A DNA stretch of 56,063 bases, filler included, from Catajapyx aquilonaris (Eukaryota): assembly GCA_000934665.2 (NCBI GenBank). It is 4 parts of 4 records of this genome, joined end to end, with 100 filler letters (N's around TTAATTAATTAA, not from the genome) between each part and the next. Parts side by side here need not be neighbours in the genome. Positions count along the whole stretch, not along the records: positions 14,026 to 28,021 come from KZ539753.1; positions 28,122 to 42,040 come from KZ539754.1; 2 more parts are not named here. The stretch is one strand, 5' to 3'. The notes beneath the pieces are model-generated. The model was given only the letters and a program-made list of their open reading frames with translations, did no database searches and was not told the origin of the DNA. The translations under genes and the position numbers were made by a program. This document shows, piece by piece, positions 22,278 through 35,592 of the stretch (position 1 is the first letter of the stretch; each line of letters begins with the position of its first letter).

Positions 22278-23306
22278 CAGTTGACTCCGGATATAACAGA
22301 CTTCAAGGGACCGAGGAAATCAGTCTGTTATAACCGAGGTCTGTTATAGCCAAATCGCCACTTTTGTAACGAATACACTAGTTTTCTGCTGTCATATGCT
22401 TATGATGCAGCACACTGGGGATGCGTGGTGGCCGAGATGGTCACGTCTCGGCTTGCTTAGTGAAAGGTCCCGGGTTCGAACCCTGCCCGGGAGTTCTCTT
22501 TCCCCTGCGTCAGGAGGGTCTTTGACCCGCGCCTTGGAGGCTTCTGGCAACCTAACCTCCAGGGAGACTGCACATGACCCCTTTTCAGACGTTACTCCTG
22601 CACCTGTGTCTCCTCCCCAAAAATCCCCATCCTTACCTCATGTCCTTTCTTCCCTGCAAGGAGTTAGAAGAAAAACACGAAAATTGAATGGAAAAATATG
22701 AATGTGTTCCACCGCCCTAAGAGGGGCCTCAGGCCCTATCACGGGGTAATTAATATTAATAATATTAATAATAATAATAATAATAATGTTATTGTCATTA
22801 TTATTATTATTATTAAATTATTATGCACACTACTGCATACTGATTAGTGGCACTGCTGCCCACAAACGTGCAAACTTAGCTCGCCCATAATTTAGCCAGA
22901 ACAAAAAAATAATAATAACCGCCATTTTCTTCTGCCGTTTCGTCCTTGCCAAATACACCAGACAAATAATGATGAGTTTGACTTTTTCGTCAAGTGTTAG
23001 ATCAATGACAGGTGGGAAAATCACCCCTTCTCCACAGTATGCAGTGCTTTCCTCGCGTGGGAAAGGAAACTTGAGTAATCAAAAGCAACGTATTTCCCAC
23101 CGAGGGGCGCAAAAAAACACAAACAAACAAACAAACAAACAAACAAACACAAACAAACCTGTTATACCCGAGGTGGGATGAAAGTGAGTGTCATAGCAGG
23201 AGTAAAAATAGACAGGGTCTTATGGAAGTACGGCGGGACCTGCCTTTCGAGGATGTTATAACCGAAAGTCCGTTATAGCCGAGGCTGCTACATCCCGATT
23301 CAACTG
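22278..23306. mobile_element. pogo/Tigger-like non-autonomous element
   Basis: TA|CAGTTGACTCCGGATATAAC ... CATCCCGATTCAACTG|TA with repeated GTTATA(A/G)CC subterminal motifs. Confidence 0.7.
22417..22790 (+). mobile_element. tRNA-derived SINE nested in the Tigger-like element
   Basis: A box TGGCCGAGATGG, B box GGTTCGAACCC, 3' ACGGGGTA plus (TAA)n tail. Confidence 0.8.
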
Positions 23307-24660
23307 TAATTTTAATATCTCTGATATAAGTTGTTTTTTTTAAGCATTTACAATTTGCCAGATTTGAAACGCAGTATTTATGATTATCAGGCCTGATCAG
23401 GCCCTTATACATTATTTGGTTGTACAACAAATGGATCCTGCATTCTCAAATTGTTGTCAGATTGTGTCATTATTCAAACACTTCTGGACTGGATGTACGG
23501 TATTTGACTGGAAACTGTAATGCTAACACAATAATATTTATCATAGCAAATTCCCATAATTTACGAATTCATTCTGCATTGAGTTTTTACATCTGATCAC
23601 CCCCTGAGGTCCAGTCAGCAATGAAGGCAGACCATGGGTCAAGATTTATCCTTGCTGCTTGTTATGTTCATTGTTAACAATGATCACTAATACTTCAAGG
23701 TTGTTCAAATATGAACCGCATTGATTTTTATAGAACACTAGGAAAACCCTCGCTCCGCTCGCATTTTCCTGGGGCGCAGGCCTAGAAAACCACTCTCTTC
23801 GCTCGCTCTTTTCTAGGCCTGTGGCCTGCGGTGTAGGCCATGTTCTTAATGATTCTCATCCAACAATTATCCGCATCATACTCCCCTCCCCCCGACCTCT
23901 CTCCCGCCTGCCCCCCCCCCCCCTCCTTATATTAACCCTGTGACGGCTAAGTACTGTACATCATTTAGCCCCTAAGACCGTACAACAATTTTCAACCATG
24001 AATTTTTTCAACATCTTGTGGTTCTTGTTGTTACGCTTTGTTTTATTCGCCCTACCTCAAGTTCTGCTGTAGGTAGAGCTTCCAAATTTTGAACACAGAT
24101 CCCCACCGTCGTGAAGTGCATTCCTACCATTTACAGCTAAACTCAATTCCTCTTCAAACCGCCGCGCCGCAAAAAATTTGAAACCACTTAAAAATACGTT
24201 TCTATTTTTTTGCTCAATAACTATTCGGAATTCGGTTTCTTCATCAAAGGGCTGAATGAGCAGTAGGATGGTGCGTATCCATGTTCAAAGCCTCACAGTT
24301 CCACCTGCTGCAGGATTTAAGTTATGATTTTTTTCACCAATTTTTTTCCGTCAAATACTTCATTTGTTCGTGATTCCATCACCTAGCAATGTCAATTCTT
24401 ATATTTTACACCTCGCCATATTGTTAGCGAAATGTTACCCCGCTGCGCTGCTCTGGGGTGAACGGATTGTATACTTATTACTTATTACAGTTGAATAACA
24501 GCCTCGGCTATAACTACAGACTTTTGGTTATAAAGGCCTGTCCAGGCATGCTTCCATAAGGGCGTGCATCACTCCCGAGTGGGAATAGGCGTATCCCATG
24601 TAACTTATATCCCCCTTTTCTCCTACACTACTTATCGTAATCTTGTCAACTATATATTAA

Positions 24661-26776
24661 GGGCTGCAAAATGAACGCCCGCCTGCAAGTACTTGCAATA
24701 AACAAGTTACCTGCATTCGGTCTCCATAGTTACGGTGCGAGCTAAAAAGAACACCGTTTTCGGGCGGTTGCAAATGTTGCGGTCGGACTGCAAGTAGGCA
24801 GGTTTGGAAATACGGAAATCGACCGGAGGGAAGCCATATCATGACGTCACGATTGTTGTACCCATTGTTATACCCATTGTTATACCCATTGTTATACCCA
24901 TTGTTATAGTACCTAGGCTAACCTAGTATGCCGATCGGGTGTCCCTCCAATGGAAAAGCTCAGCCCCCCCCCCCCCCNNNNNNNNNNCTGTCGACAGATG
25001 TTCACCTCCCCTGCCTGCCGCTTACGGCGGGCTGCATGGACGCGGGTAGTTTTATGCCTACAATTACGGTTTATTGTGCTCGGATAATTATCATTATTTT
25101 TTCCGGTAGACTTTAAACCATAACTAACTGTTCGGTGCAGGTCCATCGTCTCGGGGGACATGCTGGAGTGTGAGAGAGAAGCTCTAAATGTGGCTATCTG
25201 AACCTGCAGCACAAAATTATCTCTGTAGCATTCTTCATATATATGGCAATATGCGGATCTTTCAGCTTTGAATATGGGCCCTCCACCCCACCTTGACTTA
25301 GGCCCCTAGTCTGATGACCCTGGGTAAGCTATCCCGGGGGCAATCACCATGGCAGCATATGTAAAAGGATAGCTAGTAAACAACCAGTTACCCCAGGGGG
25401 CAAGCTACCCCGGGTCACCAGACTATATACCTATACCTTAATGTAAGCATTATGGGGATAGGTGTTCAGTGTAACACCACCACCACCACTACCATCATCA
25501 TCACATATTATATCTTTCATATATCACAGAATATATTATGGTCCAGAGCCGCCCGCCATCCAATGACAGCCCAATAATGTACATGGTCACAATTTTTCAT
25601 CGCTATCCATTGTCAGTAGTCCAGTCAAAGATAAAGCACAATATTTGATAAAATTTTGGTCCCACCAAGTTATAACAATATAGGATTATTCAGACCCGGG
25701 CTGCGAGTTTTAACGCGGCTATTTTGGCAGACGGTATATTTAGAGGTAGCTTTTATAACAGATAGGAACAAGCTACAGGTTTTTTTTTGCCTGACATTTG
25801 GTGCGAAACTGCATTGTGATATCAGTTATTCCATAGTAGTTATATTGGTTACATCACACATACTAGTTATAACCAATATATTACTATCATATACTACCAT
25901 AGTTACATTGGCTATGTTAATCATATTAGTTATAACTAATATAACTGTCATACTACTGTTGTTATAATGGTTATATCAGACATACTGGTTACATTGGTTA
26001 TACATCATACAAGTCATAACCAATGTGCGTAACATACAACTACCATAATAACCAATATAACTCAGTTATATTGTCATACAGGTTTATTGGTTATACAGGG
26101 TGTTCGAAATTCGTGTAGGTTTTTATAACTGATATCACCCAATAGTAGTTATTTTTGTGGCTTAAGCTTGTTGTGTTCCATTTTACTCCCAGGGGGTCGA
26201 GTTGCTATAGAATGGGCCATCTGGTTAGGGGCACAACAAGCTACAAATAATAACTAATATAAAAACGAGTCACGAATTTCGAACACCCTGTGTATCCATC
26301 ATACTGGCTATAACCAATATAGCAATCATACTAGGTATATTCGTTATATCAGCCATACTATTAGGCCTACATTACATTAGCTATATACAGGGTGTTGCAA
26401 GTTCGTGGGTCACTTTTCTTATCACAAAATTTGGTATACCGTCGTAATAAAGGTACCCCACGACGAAGAAACTGCGTGGGGCGTTCGAAGACACTTCCGT
26501 GGTCGCTCAGAACTCTCCCGCCGAAAATGTACCCGGACCAAAAGTGATCAGTATAGTGTCCAAGTGAAGATTTCCCCACTACAAAACCGACTGCAAGTCA
26601 CTTGCGGGACCCCTCAACCTGCCTGCAACTTGTGGCTGCAAGTCTGCAATCTGCAGGCCGACTTGCAGCCTGCAAGGGTGTTCGTTTTCGCTCCCTCCCG
26701 CAAACCGCAGGTAACCCAGGTAACGTAAACACTTTGGCGGCTGCAACTTTCCAGGCGGGCGTTCATTTTGCAGCCC
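24661..26776. mobile_element. Non-autonomous TTAA-flanked element (Kolobok-like)
   Basis: Perfect 25-bp TIR GGGCTGCAAAATGAACGCCCGCCTG with TTAA on both sides; contains a 12-bp tandem repeat (24853-24907). Confidence 0.9.
26096..26290. mobile_element. Tc1/mariner MITE (nested)
   Basis: TIR CAGGGTGTTCGAAATTCGTG. Confidence 0.8.
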
Positions 26777-26780
26777 TTAA

Positions 26781-27760
26781 CTAGCAGGATACCCGGCGTT
26801 GCACCGAAGCAGGTTGGCATAGTGGATAAGGCGTCCGACTGCTAATCGGGAGGTCCTGGGTTCGAATCCCGGGACCGGCAACTCTGACCGTGGTTTTCTG
26901 TGGTTTCCCACGGTCCTTCCAGGGAAATTCCGGAGTTGCTTCCGTAATTAATAGGCCACAGCCGCTTCCTTCCGTCCCTATCCTATCCCAATGAGCACAG
27001 TAAAATGAAAGCAAAGAGTTCCAGCCAAAACAAACTTCCCCCCTAAAGAGCCGATGGCTGATAACGGGGTATGAATTATTATTATTATCATTATACCCGG
27101 CGTTGCTCGGGTTATGAAATACTTTTCCATGTAGGTGTAAGTCATTGATTTGGTAGTAACCTTCGAAATAATTATGGCTATACAATGTTGGCATACCTGT
27201 AACATGGAGCATATTGCATGTGCATGAAGTCCAAACACCAAACTGCGGATGTCAGATTGTAAGAGAGTACACAATACGCCTTCAAAATCCAGCAAAAGTA
27301 TGTAATGAAAAATTGAAGGCTGTGCAGTAAATGTAGAATAGCATTGAAAGACCGGCACCTCTCTTAGTCATTCCCCAACCCCAAAAATAATGGCAAACCA
27401 CGCCTGGATGACTGTGCCAGCAGGCAGCTATGGGGTCGCTGGAGAACTCAAGGCCCACCACCACGTTAAGGTTAAGGCGGCGCATTAGTAAAAATACGAT
27501 AGGTGCATTTTTGAGGGTATTTAAAAATTTTGTGGCGAAACGCACCGTTAATCGGAAAAATCACGAAGAAGGTGCCCTGCGCAAAGGTTTGGCCATTACT
27601 ATATGGTACCATACTCGATATGATTGCATTAAAATTGTGGACATATGGGCGCAGAAGCGTTCCCGACTTTGTCGCGTTCCTGCCGCCATGTTATTCAAAT
27701 GGGCTTTTGGGGAACGCCATTTTCCTTTCACTTAAACTCGATGAAAAGGTCACTTCTAGG
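26781..27760 (-). mobile_element. Helitron-like element, 3' end (5' limit uncertain)
   Basis: With the SINE removed, the minus strand reads CCCGAGCAACGCCGGG hairpin + TATCCTG + CTAG|T. Confidence 0.6.
26803..27092 (+). mobile_element. tRNA-derived SINE with 14-bp TSD
   Basis: tRNA-like head (TGGCATAGTGG, GGTTCGAATCCC), body, (ATT)n tail; TSD ATACCCGGCGTTGC at 26789-26802 and 27093-27106. Confidence 0.92.
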
Positions 27761-27834
27761 CAGCGCCGGATTAAGGAGTTGGGTGGCTCGGGGCCCATTT
27801 TGGTGGGAGGCCCATAGTTTCAGGGGGGTATGTC

Positions 27835-27835
<1 letters not shown>

Positions 27836-27881
<46 letters not shown>
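27836..27881. repeat. (CAA)n microsatellite
   Basis: Direct reading. Confidence 0.95.
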
Positions 27882-27882
<1 letters not shown>

Positions 27883-28021
27883 CGACATTTCCCTATGAGG
27901 GGTAGTCAGCGATGAAGGGAGATGCAAGCTAACCCAACATATGAACTAATAAAACTCATGAGAAAGAACCTAAAAACAACCTGTCCCGCCCCCCCACCCC
28001 TGCCCACCTCAGACATCACCT

Positions 28022-28121
28022 NNNNNNNNNNNNNNNNNNNNNNNNNNNNNNNNNNNNNNNNNNNNTTAATTAATTAANNNNNNNNNNNNNNNNNNNNNNN
28101 NNNNNNNNNNNNNNNNNNNNN
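28022..28121. other. Artificial 100-bp spacer
   Basis: N44-TTAATTAATTAA-N44. Confidence 0.98.
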
Positions 28122-28422
28122 ATGTTCGCGTCTCTCTGTTTGGGGCCGTTGCCAAGGCTGGCGGCCATTTTGAAGTGTGGGTAACGCCAACGAGGTATAA
28201 ATAAGGTACAGGCAAAAATAGGGTCCGCCATCTTTGATGGTTTTGGCGGTCATGGCAACTACACGACAAGAACACGCGCGTATCAAAGATGGCGGACCCT
28301 ATTTTTGCCTGTGCCCTGCCTATTTATACCTCGTTGGCGTTGCACACACTTCAAAATGGCTGCCAGCCTTGACAACGCCCCAAACAGAGAGACGCGAAAA
28401 TCGAATGTTTGCGCCTCTTATG
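28122..28422. mobile_element. Palindromic MITE (same family as 55347-55665), cut by the spacer
   Basis: Near-perfect hairpin ending GTTTGCGCCTCTTATG. Confidence 0.85.
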
Positions 28423-29612
28423 TAGTATATGCTCCCTGACCCGATGTTACCTTTATTATAGGTTACCTGGGATGTTAATTAACAATCATGAACGGCGACT
28501 TGGCAATACTGCCACTTGGACGCAGTACGCTGTGGCACTCACAGATGGCGCGCCTCCCTTTCTGCTAGCCAGTGCACATTACTGCCTCTTCAGGGAGAAA
28601 GTAGTATTACATGCACGTTGGTAATGACTAATGAGTCATTGCGGGCAGAGCGGCCTAGCCTGATATGATATCGGTGTTAAATTATATTGGGGCTTTTTCA
28701 CTTGCAGATTTCGCAGGTGCTTTTCGCGAGTGCGTTGCGCGACCTACTACTGTAGCCCCATTGTGGCTCAGCATAAATGCTGCATAAACGTGACATAGAG
28801 CTGCATTCATTTATCTATTTCGGTTACCCCGTTTTGGGGGGTAACTGACCTAGCTAATTTTCCTCCCTCGATTGTTATCCTGCCAATATTTCTTGACAGT
28901 GACTTGGCAGTGTTGGACGGGGAAAATGTTGCGGGCCAGACTTTAGCTAATACGATAGGCGCTAAAAGTAACTGGTTAATATGAAGATTTTTTTTTGTAA
29001 CATATTGGCACCTTTTAAGCAAATAGCTTGTGAAAATGGCAATACCCGACCTAGTTTCCTGGCAAAGGTAGCGCACAAGTTTGCATGGCACCTTTTGGGG
29101 TTGCCTTGTTGTCGTCCCCGGCAACACCCCTTTTGTAATGTTGGAATAACAAGAAAGGAGTGGGGCGACCCATCAGCTCATGTGCGATGAATGGCCCCCC
29201 CAACCTCACTCTCTTTTTTTTGTGATTCCTTTGGGAAGACACCGTTTTTGGCACAATGGCGCCGCGGTACCGACGGCGCCAATAGTCAGTACTATCACCC
29301 CTTCTATAGTTATTTTTTATGCTCTTTCTTCCTGATGGGGCGTGTGTGACGCCTGGCATTTTCATCGCCTCTTGTTTACCCGTCTGAACGGTTTTCCATT
29401 GTTAGCGCCGTTTTAATTACAAGGGAGGGCAACGTGCGTGCAAAGATCGGCCCGGGAGGGGGGGGGGGGCTGCATTTGCGGAAAAAGGGGGGCAGGCGCG
29501 TGGTACGGTTCCGGCCACAGGGTTGCGAAATGTCCGAATCCAGCAACCCATCATTTGGCTCGAGATTGTGCCTCTGTATGTCCGGGGTGAGCCAGGTGCG
29601 CGACCCTATATA

Positions 29613-29945
29613 CAGGGTGTCTCACCTTTTTTGTCCGAACAGTTATCGGAAAATTGCACGTAGCTGCTACTTTGTCCGCAGTGACTTGCAAACGGTGACT
29701 TTTCGGAGGAACGGGGAATATTCATTGCGAATCGTATAGGTTGAAGTGGCATACATGCTGTCCACTGAAAATTGAGGGTCAAGCCTGGAAAAAAGAGGGT
29801 CACACATGCCATGGGATATGTGACCCTCATTTTCCCCCATTCCTCATTCCTCCGAAAAATCACAGTTTGAAAGTCACTGCTTACGAAGTAGCAGCTACGT
29901 GCAATTTTCCGATAACTGTTCGGACAAAACAGTTGAAACACCATG
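29613..29945. mobile_element. Tc1/mariner MITE followed by (TAA)n
   Basis: TA|CAGGGTGTCTCA..GTCCGAACAGTTATCGGAAAATTGCACGTAGCTGCTACT with ~100-bp TIRs. Confidence 0.85.
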
Positions 29946-30006
<61 letters not shown>

Positions 30007-30145
30007 GGTAAATAAGTAATAAACTAATAATAAATGAAATTAAATGAAATAGCAAGCCTTCTGAGATTCGCTCCAGAGCCATTTTTCGGCCATTTTGTTT
30101 TCTCCACAGGCGTAGCGTTGGAAATAAGTGCAGCGCGTATTTATA

Positions 30146-30352
30146 CAGGGTGGTCCAAGTTCAAGTGTCGTTTTATAGCGGCGATTAATAGCAGTGATTT
30201 TGCGATGACGTAGCAGCGACGCGTAAAATGTCCCACTTCGGCGCATCTTCGGCGCGATCGAAGGGGGCAATTTTACACGTCGCTGCTACGTCATCGTTAA
30301 GCGCTTCTATTAATCGCCGTTATAAAACGACACTTGAACTTGGACCACCCTG
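30146..30352. mobile_element. Tc1/mariner MITE
   Basis: TA|CAGGGTGGTCCAAGTTCAAGTGTCGTTTTATA and its reverse complement|TA. Confidence 0.9.
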
Positions 30353-30424
30353 TATACCATCGAGCTTCCCAGCAGTTATTGATAATTCCAGCCGTGTACA
30401 CTGCGCAAACTGTGGTGCGTAGTG

Positions 30425-30647
30425 TAGAGAGGCTCTAGGGAGAGAGTCGCCAACTTAGGATGTCATGTCGTCTATGATTGGCTGTCTGGCTGCATCTAAT
30501 CGGAGTCGACCGTGACGTCAGAGCCGGCCACTATTTTTTTCCATATCAACGGAAGATGGCGCGGCCTCCATAGGACACAACAGTCCAAAATTACTCCAGC
30601 CAGGGATGTCAGAAGTTGGCGACTTAATTTCATTGAGGTTCTCTCTA
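30425..30647. mobile_element. Academ-like MITE
   Basis: GTG|TAGAGAG...CTCTCTA|GTG; internal inverted AGTCGCCAACTT. Confidence 0.55.
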
Positions 30648-32439
30648 GTGCAGTCGAGGGGGAGAAAAATGGCAACACTGCAGTCACGTGACTCGTTTCG
30701 ACCAATGGCTAGCAAGATCGAATCACGTGATCAGTGTTGTCACATTTTCGCCGACTCAAATTTTCGTATGCTTATTTTTGCAACAATGCGGGGGTCTCCC
30801 CTCTCGTATTGACGCAGTCAACTGTGTAGGTTTTTGTAATGTAATTACCGTATCGTAACCACATTATACGGCTCGGATTAAAGTTTCATGACATGCGCGT
30901 GGACACTAGTCGCCCCCTCCCCCCCCTGCCACCCACCCCTTTCAAAAAATAAAAAAAGGTGGTCACTTGTATACTTGATTATAATGATCAGTCGGTGCAA
31001 CCCCCTCTTTATGGTCATGTGGGGAGGAAAAAAAGTGAGGGGTGGAGGGGGAGAGTGATGGGTCAGCAAATTTGAGTTTGAAGAGGGGTGAAAGGTCACG
31101 GTTAGCTGGAGATACACTGCATGTTCTGGAACAATGCGTTTTTTTTTTTTAGCAAGGTGAGGAGGGGGGAAAAAAAATTCAACGCTACGCAGACTGCTCC
31201 TAAAGTTAGGCTCGGTTGCATGAACATGAATTAAACAAGTTAAGAAGTAATTTACATAAATTAATAACGGATTAACCGAATGTTAATGAAGTAATTAATT
31301 TGCTTAATAAAATGGGAACCTTATATAAATATAAAGCAGAAAGTTTGTTGGTATGTATGTCACGGCTATCTACCCCACTTTCAGAGTACTGAAACTTTGC
31401 ACACTGACTGTTCATGATGTGCTTCTGATTTTTCCTTGGTAAATAAATGAGGTGGTCCAATTGCTGGGGCGAACAATCCGTTCGTTGCTTTTGGGGCAGA
31501 ATATCCGCATTTTTTTTTCTTCGTTTTAATGCGACATTAATTGCGGCGTAATAAAACATGGCTGTCGCAGCGGATGAGATATCGGGGAGGGCACGTGTTA
31601 GGAGTAAATTGGTGGGGAAAATGCTTCCAATTGGAGCCAATTGTTTTGTCACTCCAGATGATATCAGCGGCGTCTCCTTTATTGCCCCCGCCAATGCTCC
31701 AAATTATAGCTGTTGTCAAGTGGTCTCCTCCTCTTCTCTCTGTTCCTTGTGTACTGATGACGTCGAGCATGTGAACAGTTTTGTTGGGGGGGGGGGGGNG
31801 GGGGGAGGATAGGAAAAACAAGATGCGATAATGTCACACTGTGTGTCTTCGACCTCGAAAGCTGCTCAAATATTTGTGGGGGGAAAAAAAATTTACTTAT
31901 TTATACCACCTACAGGGCTGTCCGCTGACCAAGTACTTGTTCATGTGTAGGGAATGAGGGTTTAAGAACATTGAGGATTGTTGTTCACACTAGCAGACCA
32001 TTTCATCTATAGTGAAGCAACCTATTGGCGATTGCTTCTGCCAGAATTTGCTGGTTTGCTGGAGCCAACAATCGGCCGGAATTATTGAAGGCGGCTGGCT
32101 GTGACCATGCACACCCTGTGGCTGTGGGTACACAAGGGCCTGGATCCAAGTATGCATGCATCGGTGTATGACGGCGACATGCGACGATGAAGTATGGGGG
32201 TTTAAAGGGGGAAGAGCCGGCGCGGCGTGTGTGCGCGCCGAAAGGGGATTACACGGAATGTAAAAGCGACTTAGAATGTCCTGTCTGGGGAAACGAATAA
32301 TGACCTGCTTAGCACACGCGCCTTTTATTTAATTAGTCGGCCTGATAAGTGTTGCTCTACACAAGCACGTCTTTAAATCACTCGCATTTTTATACTGCCA
32401 TGAATATTTCAGATGGCTTGTGTCCCACCTACGAAAGTA

Positions 32440-33830
32440 ACTGATAAACAAAATAGCAGCTAATATGAAATAACCAAATAGTAGCTAATATGAAATAACG
32501 AAATAGTGGGGAATATAAAAACCGAAATAGTAGGCCTAGCTAATGAATAACTAAGAGTATCAGAAGCTAATAAATAGCTATCATAACCAATATACCACTG
32601 AATAATAGTAACTGATAATCACGCTAAATAGTAGCTAATAAATAACCAAATAGTACCGATAACTAATAAATAGCTGTAAATAATAACCAACAGGCAAGCC
32701 AATAGGTCATCGAATAATAACTAATAAATAACTGAATGATAACTAATAAATCAGTGACAAATAACTAATAAAGAACTGATATTCACTCTAAATAATAACT
32801 AATAATAAATCAGTGACAAATAACTAATAACGAACTGATATTCACTCTAAATAATAACTAATAAATCAGTGATATTCACTCTAAATAATAACTAATAAAG
32901 AACTGATATTCACTCTAAATAATAACTAATAAAGAACTGATATTCACTATAAATAACTAATAAAGAACTGATATTCACTCTAAATAATAACTAATAAAGA
33001 ACTGATATTCACTCTAAATAATAACTAATAAAGAACTGATGTTCACTATAAATAACTAATAAATCAGTGATATTCACTCTAAATAATAACTAATAAATCA
33101 GTGATATTCACTCTAAATAATAACTAATAAAGAACTGATATTCACTATAAATAACTAATAAAGAACTGATATTCACTCTAAATAATAACTAATAAAGAAC
33201 TGATATTCACTCTAAATAATAACTAATAAAGAACTGATATTCACTCTAAATAATAACTAATAAATAGCTAAATCACAAGTAGCAGCTAATAAATAGCCAA
33301 ATAGTATCGATAGCCAATAAATAGCTGTAAATAATAACCAACAGGCAAGCCAATAGGTCACTGAATAATAACTAATAACTGAATAATAACTAATTAATCA
33401 GTGACAAATAACTAATAAAGAACTGAATAATAACTAATTAATCAGTGACAAATAACTAATAAAGAACTGAATAATAACTAATTAATCAGTGACAAATAAC
33501 TAATACAGAACTGAGTAATAATTAATCAGTGACAAATAACTAATAAAGAACTGATATTCACTATAAATAATAAAGAACTGATATTCACTATAAATAATAA
33601 AGAACTGATATTCTCTATAAATCATAAAGAACTGATATTCACTATATATAACAGCTAAAATCACAACTAGTAGTTAATAAATAACTGAATTGTACCGGTA
33701 GCTATAAATAAGCAATATGCAAGCCAATAGGTCACTGACTCATAGCTAATAACTAAGTAGTAACTGATAAGCTTTATAAAATGACTAATAAATAACTTAA
33801 AAGGCACTGAACGGTAACTAATAAATGACG
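32440..33830. repeat. AT-rich minisatellite (core AATAACTAATAAAGAACTGATATTCACTCTA, ~30-33 bp)
   Basis: Many tandem variants, most homogeneous at 32750-33260. Confidence 0.95.
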
Positions 33831-35214
33831 ATCCTAATTAAATGATATTTAGAAATCATTATAATATGCGCTGAATAGTTGCTGTATGATTAATTTGCTG
33901 TAAGAAGATTGTGCATGAATCATCTTTTCATATAAGAATGACAACAGTGAAGTTCAGCCTCCCGACTTTTTAGCGAACTAATGAACGTGTAAATCTAAAC
34001 ATAAAACGAGTGCCGAAAAAAAGATGGGGTTAATGAAATAAACAGCTACAGTGTTGCGGGCACGAATTGGGGGGTGGGGGGGGGGNTTCACACGCCTTGA
34101 AGCCATCCTACCTTGAAAAGGAATCGAGTAAAAAAAAACAGCTGAGTATGACTTGGTAGGACTATTGTTGCGGAGAACTTTTTTTTTTTCTTTCTCCCCC
34201 GTCGTCTTAAAGAAGAAGGGCCCCTGTTGTCCCCCAGGTCTTTTATCGACCTGGTACACAGACAAAAAAATGGAGGTGACTCGGCACAAAAGTATCGTTG
34301 GAAGTCCCGGAGTCATGCTGCAGACACCTCCGGATTTCAATGTACTTGTTGGGGAGACCCATCATTTTTCACCCACACGTATGCCACCCACTGCGGACAA
34401 CTACGCGAAATAATGCGACGCAGGTATATATACAGTAGGTTATCCCCCCAAAAAAGGTCTAACTAGCTCAGGGCTTAATAAATCAAAGCGGCGTCTAATG
34501 AGATTGAAGGGGAAAGTTTGGTGGGGGGAAAGTAACTCGATATAAGTCAATATGGTTGTCTCCAATGGATGTGTCCGCGGTGAGTCATCGCAGTAGGGCG
34601 CTATTTATGTGAGAGGTCTGGTACTACGTGTTGCCAGGTTTTGGCAGCGACTTTTAAGCAACGTGTTGGTGCATAAACATTTGCATTTGCTGGACCTGAA
34701 CTGGCGGATAGGTGTTTATGTGTGTGAGGCGGCCGGTTAGTACCCACACACACGTCGTTGAATCCATAAGTTATGTGGTCAGCCACTTGGAAGACCTGGA
34801 TACGCGTCGTTTCTCGATCTAAACGGTCTCACCCATGAATTAATAGGTAACTCTGCACCGATGGCTGGTTCTGAGCCATGTTGTATACGGGTTTCTTCTG
34901 GTTAAAAAAAGAAAGAAAAGAGAGGCGATATCTGTTTAATGGTGGGTGAAGCAACGTTCCTGGCTGCTGGTTTACTCATGAATTTCTCACCTGTTTTTCC
35001 CTTGGGGTATACAGTCCTGGATATTAATGGTGTCGTACCTGTGGCGCCAATAGTTGATGGCGGCAAAAAGAGCAAATCGAAAGTTGCCTCCGTATGACCA
35101 TCATCATGATCGAAATTTGCCCTCAGTATGACCTCCTTCACTCGATTTATGAAGTGAAGGTGAATACAGAGGGCAAATTCGGATTTGCTCTTTTACTCTG
35201 GACTACGTTAATCT

Positions 35215-35592
35215 GAAAGAAGTTACTCCGGAGTAGCTCCAGAGTAGCTTCTTACAGAGTCACTAGTCCAGAGTAACTTCTTCTTACAGAGTCACTAGTC
35301 CAGAGTAACTTCTTACAGAGTAACTAGTCCAGAGTAACTTCTTACAGAGTAACTTCTTACCGAGTAACTAGTCCAGAGTAACTTCATACAGAGTGACTAG
35401 TTCAGAGCAACTTCTTACAGAGTAACTTCTTACAGAGTAACTTCTTCTTACAGAGTAACTAGTCCAGAGTAACTTCTTACAGAGTGACTTCTTCTTACAG
35501 AGTGACTTCTTCTTACAGAGTAACTTCTTCTTACAGAGTAACTTCTTCTTACAGAGTGACTTCTTCTTACAGAGTAACTAGTCCAGAGTAAC
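35215..35592. repeat. Minisatellite of AGAGTAACTTCTT(CTT)AC / AGAGTAACTAGTCC units
   Basis: Direct reading. Confidence 0.95.

Noticed and set aside
26809..26880. tRNA-Ser(GCT) gene
   Set aside because: No long variable arm and an acceptor mismatch; it is followed by a SINE body, tail and TSD
32740..33260. CRISPR-like array
   Set aside because: Contiguous tandem units with no unique spacers, in eukaryotic DNA
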